A stretch of DNA of 64,000 bases from an uncultured Flavobacteriales bacterium (GTDB taxonomy: Bacteria; Bacteroidota; Bacteroidia; Flavobacteriales_D; Sanyastnellaceae). The notes beneath the pieces were generated by a model. That model worked only from the letters and a program-made list of their open reading frames with translations. It was not told where the DNA came from and did not search any database. Below, piece by piece: positions 1 to 7,949 of this stretch (position 1 is its first letter; each line of letters begins with the position of its first letter). Position numbers and translations under genes: made by a program. The stretch spans positions 13,983 through 77,982 of the forward strand of contig CALLLH010000024.1 in NCBI GenBank assembly GCA_938082505.1. The letters are read 5' to 3'.

Positions 1-471
1 CGCCGTGAAGTCGTAGGTGTTGTTGCCCGTGATTTCCAGGCCTGCGAGCGGAAAAGTGACCCCATTGACCCGCACCAACTGCCCCTCCAGGCCCTCTTCC
101 ATGTCGGCAGCGCCAATGATTTGGGCTTCCGGCACCATGCCCATGCCATTGAAGACGACGGCGGACAGGTTGGGCCCCACTTCCAGGAGACCGTTGTATT
201 CGGTGATCTCACCCGTGACGGTCAGGGAATCTCCGATTCCGGGCTCGGCATCCCATTCGGACCAATCGGCGCCCGGATACAGGGCAATGCCGGCGGTCGC
301 GTCCTGGAGGTACCGCACGGAGCCGAGGTTGCCGTCGGACGTGACCACACCGGTCACCGTGACGACGTCCCCCACATCGAAATTGTTGCGGGCGTCGAGA
401 ATGTTGTCCTGCGAAAGGACGGGTCCCGCCGCAGTCAAAGCGGCAGCGGCAAGGAATAGACGGACTTTCAT
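1..471 (-). CDS. secreted protein, N-terminal 157 aa only (3' end lies beyond window start); tandem OB-fold-like module of the kind seen at N-termini of extracellular nucleases / LTD proteins
   Basis: ATG at 469-471 (minus), 3 nt after the TBDR stop. My translation is MKVRLFLAAAALTAAGPVLSQ (signal peptide) ...GDVVTVTGVVTSDGNLGSVRYLQDATAGIALY...GDSLTVTGEITEYNGLLEV. It is open to position 1, so it is absent from the ORF track. GC3 is high. Confidence 0.6.
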   Translation of the reverse strand, partial: MKVRLFLAAAALTAAGPVLSQDNILDARNNFDVGDVVTVTGVVTSDGNLGSVRYLQDATAGIALYPGADWSEWDAEPGIGDSLTVTGEITEYNGLLEVGPNLSAVVFNGMGMVPEAQIIGAADMEEGLEGQLVRVNGVTFPLAGLEITGNNTYDFTA

Positions 472-474
472 GGT

Positions 475-3400
475 TTATCGGTTGTGGAGCCCCTTCAATT
501 CGAGCACGGCACTGAGCCGGATCATGCGCGGTGGGCCGACAAAGACTTCGGCCCTTCCACTGCCCCCTTCGAGGCCATAGGGGTTGGGTGCGTATTGCGA
601 ATTGTTGGTCGCGTCAGCGATGTACAGTTTGTCCAAGGCATTGGTCACACTGACCCTCACTCGAAGCAATGCATTGTCTGACACTTTAAAAGAGGTTCCG
701 GCATTGATGTTGAGCAAGGCATAGGCGGGGGTGACCCAGACATCCTTGGGTTCACCTTCCGTGATCACGTCTCCAGGGGAGAAGTTGGCGTAGTGCTGCC
801 AGAACCACGTGTTCCGAATGGAGATGTAGGTCCCACGCTTCGGGCGGTAGCTGATCGACGACGAGATCTGACGTTGCGCGGCGTCGCCCACCTTCACGCC
901 GTCCAGGTTGACGAGCGTATCCGCGATGGCACCATCGGACACCCGGGTGATGAAACCATTGGTGTTCCGGTTGACCAGCTCTACTTCCTCGTTGCTCGTC
1001 CAGCGCCAATTGCCGGCAGAGAAGACCCCCTGCACGTCCCATTTGTCATTGATGTCATAGGCGAAATCCCATTCCACCCCGGAGTGGACCGCGTCCGCAT
1101 TGAGCAGGTTGTAGCCCAGGTTCCGATCGACATTCTCGATGATGTTGGTCGCTTCCGTGGCCCAATCGACGTCCAGGATGTCACGGTCATCCTCGCCGAG
1201 CATCAGCAGTTCCTGGCGCCCGGAAACGGTCGAGGTGTCGGCATAGACGGAGAGGTTGGGGTCATTCCACAATCCGGAGACGCTGTAGAAGCGGTTCACC
1301 GCCTTGTTCTCCCAGCCGGTCCGGTACGCATTGAGGTTGGAGGCGAACCTGCCCTTGGCATACTTGACGCCGATTTCGACGGCTTTCACATACTGGTTCT
1401 CATAGCCTTCGATCAAGTTGTTGTTGATGTCGAAGACGGAATTGAACAAAGGCGCCCTATTGAGATAGCCCACATTGGTGTAGGCGTTCATCCACTCGTT
1501 GAGCTCATAGCTGCCGCCGGCCTTGATGGTCCCACTGCTCATCCGTTCCCAATTGGTGGCGTAGGTTTCCAACCCAGGGTGGTCTGCGGTCAGGAGGGTG
1601 CCATCGGTCAGGGCTCCTGTCGACCAGGTGTTGTCGCCAATCAACCGCCACTCATCCGTGGATCTGACCTCATACGTCTCCTCCCCGAGGGTCACGACTT
1701 TCGGGCGGAAATAATCGATGCCGCGGTACCAGCTCTGGGCAGCGGAGACATTCAGGAAGGCCGAGTAATTGTACTTGTCCAATTCCAACTGGGCGTAAGT
1801 GCCGCCCCACCCGACCTGACCGTCGTCGTGGTAGTAATACTTGTCTCCTTCCCGCAACGGGGCATCGAAGTCGCCGTTCTGGTCCCGCCGGTCGTCCGGA
1901 GCATCATAGTAGTCCGCGCCGAACAGATCCCCGATGGTCCTGTAGTGGCTCCCGGTGTAGTGTCGGACGTCGATTCCGGTGCTGAAGTTGAGCTCCTTGG
2001 AAAGGTCCGTCGAGTAGTTTGTCAATGCGCCGAACCAGCGGTGGTCGTTGTGCGCGATGCGGACGAAGTTGGACCCCTTTCTTTCACCGTTCTCATCCAG
2101 ATTCAGCCCGTTGGGGCCGAATTCAAAAAGCTGGTGCGCATTCCAAGTGGTCTGCAGATCGACGGTTCCATCAGCGAGACGGCTGCCCGGGGTGCTGTTC
2201 AAGGCTTCGCCGCCGCCTTTTCCGAAACTGGCATAGGCCGTGGTGGTCAGGCTCGACTTGTCGTTGATGCTCCAGACATCCCGTATGGTGAAGATGGGCT
2301 TGAAGTAGTAATTCTGACGTGAATTGTAGCGCCGGCTGTTGCCGTAAGTGGTGTCGACCTGGCCGGTGGACTCATTGTAGTTATAGAAGACCTCATCGTA
2401 ATTGACGATGAATTCATTGAAACCCCGTCCCCTTGAAACGATGGCGTTTTCTCCGAGACCGGAAATGACATCCTGCAATTCCTGCTGGCCCGAAGCATCC
2501 GTCAACTGCTCCGCCAGATTGGAGTCGAATTCATAAACCTGCATTTGATAGGCCCGCTGACCGTGCCGCTGGGGCGCACCGAAGGCGGTGAAGCTCAGGT
2601 TGTGGTTGCCCATCGTCTTGCGTCCTTTGAGGTAGTACGCGTAAGCCTTGGATTCCAGTCCCTCTGCAAATCCCTGATTCGTCCGGTACGAGCCGACGAA
2701 GTGCAGGAAGCCTTTCTCTTGATTTCCGATGACCCCCGCCAGGCTGTTTCGGAAGTATCCGTAGTTGCCGATTTCCGACAGGTAGGTCAGGCGTCCGTTT
2801 CCACTTTCGTCGCCCCCCGTGAGGATGTTGATCGTGCCGCCCACCGAAGGGATGGCCAGCTTGCTTGCACCCAGGCCGCGCTGGACCTGGGTGGTCCTGA
2901 CCACAAGGTCGAGACCGGCCCAGTTGCTCCAGTATACCCAGCCGTTCTCCATGTCGTTCATGGGGACACCGTCGACCATGACCGCGAGGTTCGTCTGGTC
3001 GAAGCCCCGGATGGTCACGCGGGCATCGCCATCGCCACCGCCCTGTTGGGTGGCGTAGACGCCGGGGGTCGAATTGAGGATGAGGGGCAGGTCCCGTCCT
3101 GCCAGTTCCTCCTGGATCTGTGCGGGCAGCACGTTCGTGAACGCGACCGGGGTCTTCCTGTCGATCGCCACGTCCGCCGCGACCACGGCTTCGCTGAGGA
3201 TGAGCGAGGAGAGGGTCGCGTTCAGCGTGGCTGTCGCCCCCTTCAAATCGATTTGCTTCTCCTGGGCTTCATATCCGATATAGGAAAAGCTGATCACCGT
3301 CTCCCCGACAGGCAAGCCAAGGGTGTAGCGGCCGTCGATATCCGTGGCGGTGATGTCGTCCCCGGACACGACATATGCCCCGATGAGGGGATCCCCCGTC

Positions 3401-3501
3401 AAACCATCCTTCACTACCCCCGAGAGGGTGCAATTCTGCCCGTAGGCAGCCGAGAACAAACCCACGCCGACGGCGAGGGCCAGGGAGAGCAGTGACTTCA
3501 T
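475..3501 (-). CDS. TonB-dependent outer-membrane receptor with N-terminal carboxypeptidase-regulatory-like domain (SusC-like size, no SusD partner)
   Basis: 1008-aa ORF with signal peptide MKSLLSLALAVGVGLFSAAYGQ, CarboxypepD_reg-like GVVKDGLTGDPLIGAYVV, plug motif RVTIRGFDQTNLAVMVDGVPMND and a long Y/N/G/W-rich barrel. Confidence 0.9.
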   Translation of the reverse strand: MKSLLSLALAVGVGLFSAAYGQNCTLSGVVKDGLTGDPLIGAYVVSGDDITATDIDGRYTLGLPVGETVISFSYIGYEAQEKQIDLKGATATLNATLSSLILSEAVVAADVAIDRKTPVAFTNVLPAQIQEELAGRDLPLILNSTPGVYATQQGGGDGDARVTIRGFDQTNLAVMVDGVPMNDMENGWVYWSNWAGLDLVVRTTQVQRGLGASKLAIPSVGGTINILTGGDESGNGRLTYLSEIGNYGYFRNSLAGVIGNQEKGFLHFVGSYRTNQGFAEGLESKAYAYYLKGRKTMGNHNLSFTAFGAPQRHGQRAYQMQVYEFDSNLAEQLTDASGQQELQDVISGLGENAIVSRGRGFNEFIVNYDEVFYNYNESTGQVDTTYGNSRRYNSRQNYYFKPIFTIRDVWSINDKSSLTTTAYASFGKGGGEALNSTPGSRLADGTVDLQTTWNAHQLFEFGPNGLNLDENGERKGSNFVRIAHNDHRWFGALTNYSTDLSKELNFSTGIDVRHYTGSHYRTIGDLFGADYYDAPDDRRDQNGDFDAPLREGDKYYYHDDGQVGWGGTYAQLELDKYNYSAFLNVSAAQSWYRGIDYFRPKVVTLGEETYEVRSTDEWRLIGDNTWSTGALTDGTLLTADHPGLETYATNWERMSSGTIKAGGSYELNEWMNAYTNVGYLNRAPLFNSVFDINNNLIEGYENQYVKAVEIGVKYAKGRFASNLNAYRTGWENKAVNRFYSVSGLWNDPNLSVYADTSTVSGRQELLMLGEDDRDILDVDWATEATNIIENVDRNLGYNLLNADAVHSGVEWDFAYDINDKWDVQGVFSAGNWRWTSNEEVELVNRNTNGFITRVSDGAIADTLVNLDGVKVGDAAQRQISSSISYRPKRGTYISIRNTWFWQHYANFSPGDVITEGEPKDVWVTPAYALLNINAGTSFKVSDNALLRVRVSVTNALDKLYIADATNNSQYAPNPYGLEGGSGRAEVFVGPPRMIRLSAVLELKGLHNR

Positions 3502-3523
3502 GGTCGATGCGGTGCGGTTAGTA

Positions 3524-4408
3524 TCAGTGCTTGATCACCTTGCGGTGACGCACCGTGCCATCGGTGAGGCGGACTTCGACGAGATAGGTGCCCTTGGAGA
3601 GCTCCGTCAGGTCGACCTCGGAACGGATGGCGCCGTTGGCGGCGATCCGGCGCATCTCGATGCCCGCAACATTGCGGACCAGGATTTCACGGATCGGAGC
3701 GGCGAGGCTGACCGTCAGCACATCGTGGGTCGGGTTTGGGAAGACCTTGAAGCCGTCCTTGCCCTGCTCCTCGACGGAGACCACGCAATCACAGGTGTGG
3801 AAGCCGAGCTGGTCGAAGGTGTTGACTTCGAGGCTATCCCATACGGCGAGCACGTCAAATGCATCCGTAGCGGTTACGTCGCCGGTGGTCACCTCGGGAC
3901 GGCGGACCAGCGTGTGGTTCTGGGTAACCTCGTCCCAACCGGCGGAGCCTGGATCCTCGCCGATCACGCCGAAAATGTCGACGACGGTGTTGGTTGAAAT
4001 CTTGCGGAGGACCATGGCGTCGTTGCCATTGAAATACATGGCATTGTTCTCGGCATACACCGGACAAAGCCAGACGTCCGCCTGCTCGGCGAGCTCGTCC
4101 CACACGGGGGCTTCGAAATCGACACCGTCGGGATCCTGCTTGTCCAGCACATAGACCAGCACATCGCCTGGTTCGATGGTGCCGCTGAGGTCGACTTTCT
4201 GATTTTCTTCTGCTGCCGTGGCGCCATTGGCATAGCGCTCGAGGCGGTAATCCGTCATGTCGATGGCGGATCCGGTCGGGTTGAAGATTTCAATCGCTTT
4301 GTTGTTGGACCAACCTTCAATGTATTCGGACATGAAGAGCTCGTCGCACTGTGCCATCAGGGCCGGTGCAGAGGCGGCCATGAGGGCCAGGGTATACAGC
4401 TTGCGCAT
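3524..4408 (-). CDS. lamin-tail-domain (LTD) protein with T9SS C-terminal sorting domain
   Basis: 294 aa with a signal peptide. LTD signature LFMSEYIEGWSNNKAIEIFNPTGSAIDMTDYRLERY...NGNDAMVL. Last ~75 aa FPNPTHDVLTVSL...GTYLVEVRLTDG...KVIKH look like a Por/T9SS tail (TIGR04183 type). Confidence 0.8.
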   Translation of the reverse strand: MRKLYTLALMAASAPALMAQCDELFMSEYIEGWSNNKAIEIFNPTGSAIDMTDYRLERYANGATAAEENQKVDLSGTIEPGDVLVYVLDKQDPDGVDFEAPVWDELAEQADVWLCPVYAENNAMYFNGNDAMVLRKISTNTVVDIFGVIGEDPGSAGWDEVTQNHTLVRRPEVTTGDVTATDAFDVLAVWDSLEVNTFDQLGFHTCDCVVSVEEQGKDGFKVFPNPTHDVLTVSLAAPIREILVRNVAGIEMRRIAANGAIRSEVDLTELSKGTYLVEVRLTDGTVRHRKVIKH

Positions 4409-4433
4409 GGTATTGGGCTTGGGTGAATCAGCG

Positions 4434-4441
4434 CAAAGTTA
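4434..4441 (-). promoter_or_regulatory. candidate Bacteroidetes -7 box (TAacTTTG) for the LTD/TBDR/OB-fold operon
   Basis: The minus-strand sequence TAACTTTG lies 26 nt upstream of ATG 4408. A TTG sits 18 nt further upstream as a possible -33 element. Confidence 0.35.
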
Positions 4442-4511
4442 GACGCGATTCCCAACCCGCAACGAGGATGGCTGAAGCAGCGGCTGAAGGGGGGCTTCAA
4501 GGCCTTTCAGG

Positions 4512-5360
4512 CTAAGTGTGGAGCCAATCGAGGGCGCAGGACATGCCGTGATGGTAGTCCTGCAGCAGGTGGCCGGCATTCAATCGATAACCCTCCGAGC
4601 GCAATGGACTCAGTGGGGCGATTTCCTCCCATCTCTTGCGGCCTTCTCCACCTGTGCTCAGCCGGTCCACGCAATCATTGTAGGTGTTGTGGCCATCTTC
4701 ATAGAGTTTGACGATGGCCGGATTGTCCCGGTACCAGTACGTGGCAAACGTATCGAGCCAACCTTTCTCAATGTGCATTCCCGAAGGGCGGGTTCGAATG
4801 ACGAGAATGCGGCTTCCGCCGAGGTTCAGGGCTGCCTGAAGCGGCAGGGCATCCGAAATTCCTCCATCGAACATCCAGCGGTCATGCACCTTGATGCGGC
4901 CCCGCGTCACCATGGGCAAGGTGGAGGATGCCCACATGATCCGCAACCAATCGGAAGGCGTCGGCCTCAGATAGAGGGGGGAGCCCGTTTCGAAATCCGT
5001 GGTGACCATCCTCACGTCCTTTCCCCAGCTTGCGATGGCAGCGCCTTCGATGTCGAGGGGTCGGTGGCGTCGGACATGGTCGAACAGGTGAGACAGGTTC
5101 ATCAAGCCCTCCTCGCTGAATGCAGAGAAGAATCGAATGAACTCGCCATCCTCGACCATGTGACAGGCGACATCGATGAAGTGCTTCCGCTGCCCGGCAA
5201 GAAAGGAGGTCAGTGCCATCGTTCCAGCAGAAACAGCGAAATAGCGCTTGAATTTGTTGTATCCCAGCACGGAGAATGTATCGAGCACGCCAGCCGAGAA
5301 GGCACAGCGCAAGCTGCCCCCCTCCACGATCAGGGTATCGAATTCGCGCTTGGATCGCAT
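4512..5360 (-). CDS. patatin-like phospholipase
   Basis: Gly-rich oxyanion loop VEGGSLRCAFSAGVL, nucleophile elbow AVSAG and catalytic Asp motif FDGGISD. Start set at ATG 5360 (MRSKREF...); the 51 upstream codons of the track ORF show no family signal. Confidence 0.85.
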   Translation of the reverse strand: MRSKREFDTLIVEGGSLRCAFSAGVLDTFSVLGYNKFKRYFAVSAGTMALTSFLAGQRKHFIDVACHMVEDGEFIRFFSAFSEEGLMNLSHLFDHVRRHRPLDIEGAAIASWGKDVRMVTTDFETGSPLYLRPTPSDWLRIMWASSTLPMVTRGRIKVHDRWMFDGGISDALPLQAALNLGGSRILVIRTRPSGMHIEKGWLDTFATYWYRDNPAIVKLYEDGHNTYNDCVDRLSTGGEGRKRWEEIAPLSPLRSEGYRLNAGHLLQDYHHGMSCALDWLHT

Positions 5361-5427
5361 GGTTTCTTTACGGTGGTGAACGCCCCTAAGTTGCATCCCT
5401 ATGGGGTTGCAACTTGCATGAATTCGT

Positions 5428-5811
5428 ATGACATTGCTGGCCATGCAACAGAATTCCTCCATTCTCATCGCCGCTGCCTTCACCATGATCGGATTCGCCC
5501 TTGGACGGGTCACTGCGCCTCCGCCACCCAGTGCGCCTGCTCCTCCGGGTGTTCACTCCATGGAATGGGTTGGCGATGGGGGCGTCGGGGATGTGGAGGT
5601 CATCGTGAAGCGGCTTGAGGGAGAGGGCTTCGAAGGCGACACCGTGTTTGCCATTCCGGGGGGAGAAATCAGGATGGTCCGCCATGGAGAGGAAGTGGAA
5701 GTGGAAGTGGATATGGAAGTGGAGATGGAAAACACCCAGGAAGGGAACGCCACCGGCGAGCAAGTGGTGGTGCAGAAAAAGGTCATCATGGTCACCTCCG
5801 ACGAGGATTAG
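5428..5811 (+). CDS. hypothetical small membrane-anchored acidic protein
   Basis: 127 aa with one N-terminal TM helix (SSILIAAAFTMIGFALG), a Pro-rich linker (PPPPSAPAPP) and an acidic tail with (EV)n. It competes with two minus-strand shadow ORFs. Confidence 0.45.
   Translation: MTLLAMQQNSSILIAAAFTMIGFALGRVTAPPPPSAPAPPGVHSMEWVGDGGVGDVEVIVKRLEGEGFEGDTVFAIPGGEIRMVRHGEEVEVEVDMEVEMENTQEGNATGEQVVVQKKVIMVTSDED
5692..5730 (+). repeat. in-frame degenerate hexanucleotide tandem repeat (GAAGTG)n
   Basis: Sequence reads gaagtg gaagtg gaagtg gatatg gaagtg gagatg gaa. It is in frame with CDS 5428..5811 and encodes EVEVEVDMEVEME. Confidence 0.8.
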
Positions 5812-5987
5812 ACACCCCGGATGCCCTGGCTCATGACGGTGGGTCAGTCCTTTCCGACAACGGGAGCGGACGATTCGACATTATGGCCTCAAAAGTTTGA
5901 TGGTCATCAGGTTAAAGCGGGTTTTTGCAGCCTCATTTCCGTGGATTTCGAGGGGGGTAAACAAAGGATGGTGGAAACGTGTCACAG

Positions 5988-6806
5988 ATGGAATTGTTTT
6001 GCGTTCCAACTGCAATGGACATTGATTTTCACATGCCGGAATTGAGGTCAGCCGAAGCTGAGGCCAGCCATGGCTTCGCCGAGACTGACGACCACTGGAA
6101 GCAGTTCGCGACCATCGTTGCCCATGACCTGAAGGAGCCATTGCGCAACATTGCGAGCTGCGCGAGGATGCTGGTCTCCTTGAATCAGGACCCCGCCCCG
6201 CAAGCCAAGCAGCTCACCGAATGGCTTGTCGAATCCTCGGAGCGCATCGAGGATATGGTCAGCGGCTTGCTTCAACATGCCCGCCTTGGACATGAGCCCG
6301 TTGAAGAATTGGAAATGGGGCCATTGGTTCAGGAAGTCATTCGGGACCTCCGTTGTCTGGCCATCAGAAGTGGCGCCACGTTTGATGTGGGGCCACTGCC
6401 TGCCATTCAGGCTGGGCCATTGGGCATGCGCCTCCTCTTCGTGAACCTGTTTGAGAACGCGCTGAAATATGCACGCCAGGGAGTCGATCCGGTTGTCCAA
6501 CTGACCGCTGAAAAGGTGAAGGGTGGATTCCTGTTCACGGTGGGGGACAATGGTCAGGGCATGACGCAAAATCAGGTGGCCAGTGCTTTTGAACCTTTCC
6601 GCAGGCACGATCAAGCCGTGGAAGGCTTGGGCATGGGACTCTGCCATGTGCGGAAAATCGTGGCGGGCCACGGCGGTTGGATCAGAACGGAATCACAGGT
6701 CGGTCAGGGCACAACGTTCATATTCTTCCTACCGGATTGGAGCGGGGCTGCCCGCTCAGAAAGGGGAGGAAAAAGCGGGATCGACGGTGATGGCGGTATC
6801 CGATAG
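5988..6806 (+). CDS. histidine kinase core (DHp + HATPase) without recognisable sensor or TM domain
   Basis: H-box FATIVAHDLKEPLRNI, N-box FENALKYA, G1 DNGQGM, G2 GLGMGL. Only ~45 aa precede the H-box. The track start 5979 is GTG and the first ATG is 5988, so the start is uncertain. Confidence 0.8.
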   Translation: MELFCVPTAMDIDFHMPELRSAEAEASHGFAETDDHWKQFATIVAHDLKEPLRNIASCARMLVSLNQDPAPQAKQLTEWLVESSERIEDMVSGLLQHARLGHEPVEELEMGPLVQEVIRDLRCLAIRSGATFDVGPLPAIQAGPLGMRLLFVNLFENALKYARQGVDPVVQLTAEKVKGGFLFTVGDNGQGMTQNQVASAFEPFRRHDQAVEGLGMGLCHVRKIVAGHGGWIRTESQVGQGTTFIFFLPDWSGAARSERGGKSGIDGDGGIR

Positions 6807-7937
6807 CGTATGCAGGAAATCCACGAGGCCGATGCGCTCGGCTTCCGTCAACTCGAGCCGATATGGTTCCTGCCCGGGTGGCCCGATGCCATTGTCAGAG
6901 AACCGTTCATCGAGATAGGGGTGGTGTCGAATGCTGTCGCTGTAGAAATCCACGACCTCCCGCAGTGTCGAGAAGCGGCCGTCATGCATGTAGGGCGCCG
7001 TAAGACCGACGTTCCTCAGCGACACCGTCTTGAACCGGCCATCGTCATCGGCGTCACCGGTCAAAGCGCCGATACCCCCGTCGCCAGCCGCTGCGTAGTC
7101 CAGCTCCAGGCCATTGATGAAGGGTTGGGTCGAAAAGAAATTGAGCCCGCTGTGGCATTGATTGCAACGAGTATCCCCTCGGAAGAAGATGTCTTTCCCG
7201 AGCAGTTCGCTCTGGGAAAAATCCGGGAAACCATGGGCGAGTCCCGCATCGTAGCGGCTGCTGTACGAACGGATGGAACGCAGGAACTGGACCAACGCAT
7301 CCGCAATGCGGTCGAGATTGACGGAAGGGTCACCAAAGGCGGCCTCGAACAAGGGGGGGTAGTAGGAGAGACCCTCCAACTTGCCCGGAAGATCTCCGAG
7401 ATTCATGCCCATTTCGTCCGGGTGGCCGATGGGCTGAAGCACCTGATTGGCCAAGCCGACCACACGCATGTCCCAAAAGAGCCGCCGCTGATAGCGCAGG
7501 TTGAACAGCCCCGGCGTATTGCGCGAAAGGGGAATCCCGGATATGCCGACAGACCCCACTGCGGCATCGGAGAAAGCGGCGGCCTGACGGTGGCAGGTGC
7601 CACACGAAACGGAATTGTCCAGGGACAAGCGGGTGTCATGAAACAGCACGCGGCCGAGCGCGGCGCCCTCGTTGGTGATGGTGATGTCATTCCCGAATCC
7701 GCCGAAGAGGGCGAGCGCAGGATCATTCAACCAAGCGTCAGGGAAAGTGGATTCGGCATAAGGGTACAGCGTATCCGGCAGATTGGGCAGGGCCAGCACT
7801 TCGGGGAACGTGGCGGAGGTCGGGAGGGAATCTTCTTTCACGCACCCGGCCAACACAAAAAACACCCAGCCGCAACTGAATAATCCCACGCGCGTCCACT
7901 CCATAGGCTTTAAAGTACTGTTTTCCTTTGTGTTCAT
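6756..7937 (-). CDS. di-haem cytochrome c peroxidase family protein (CCP/MauG-like)
   Basis: Two haem c sites (CGTCH and CNQCH) and the block APYMHDGRFSTLREVVDFY. Lipoprotein-like N-terminus (FFVLAGC). Alternative ATG at 7904. Confidence 0.9.
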   Translation of the reverse strand: MNTKENSTLKPMEWTRVGLFSCGWVFFVLAGCVKEDSLPTSATFPEVLALPNLPDTLYPYAESTFPDAWLNDPALALFGGFGNDITITNEGAALGRVLFHDTRLSLDNSVSCGTCHRQAAAFSDAAVGSVGISGIPLSRNTPGLFNLRYQRRLFWDMRVVGLANQVLQPIGHPDEMGMNLGDLPGKLEGLSYYPPLFEAAFGDPSVNLDRIADALVQFLRSIRSYSSRYDAGLAHGFPDFSQSELLGKDIFFRGDTRCNQCHSGLNFFSTQPFINGLELDYAAAGDGGIGALTGDADDDGRFKTVSLRNVGLTAPYMHDGRFSTLREVVDFYSDSIRHHPYLDERFSDNGIGPPGQEPYRLELTEAERIGLVDFLHTLSDTAITVDPAFSSPF

Positions 7938-7949
7938 GTAACAATCCCG

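Noticed and set aside
17-580. Plus-strand ORFs 17..580 (187 aa) and 121..459 (112 aa) at the left edge
   Set aside because: They are Pro/Ser/Arg-rich with no motifs. The minus strand here encodes a signal-peptide plus OB-fold-like protein that starts 3 nt after the TBDR stop and fits the operon, so these are shadow ORFs.
793-2322. 509-aa plus-strand ORF (and 2545..3495, 316 aa) opposite the first TonB receptor
   Set aside because: The opposite strand has unmistakable plug and barrel motifs. These frames are Gly/Arg/Asp/Val-rich GC shadows without start context.
4791-4799. GGTTCGAAT, a tRNA T-arm-like string
   Set aside because: It lies inside the patatin CDS with no acceptor or anticodon stem context. 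I found no tRNA-like cloverleaf in any intergenic region, and all intergenic regions are under 180 nt.
5361-5513. N-terminal 51-codon extension of the patatin ORF
   Set aside because: The extension (MTRPRANPIMVKAAAMRMEEFCCM...) carries no family signal and would overlap the divergent gene 5428..5811. The internal ATG 5360 gives a normal patatin N-terminus.
4518-5618. 366-aa plus-strand ORF over the patatin gene
   Set aside because: It is antisense to a gene with intact patatin catalytic motifs and has no motifs of its own.
5692-5730. Tandem repeat considered as a possible CRISPR or minisatellite
   Set aside because: The units are 6 nt, contiguous, spacerless and in frame within a CDS, so this is a coding microsatellite and not a CRISPR array.
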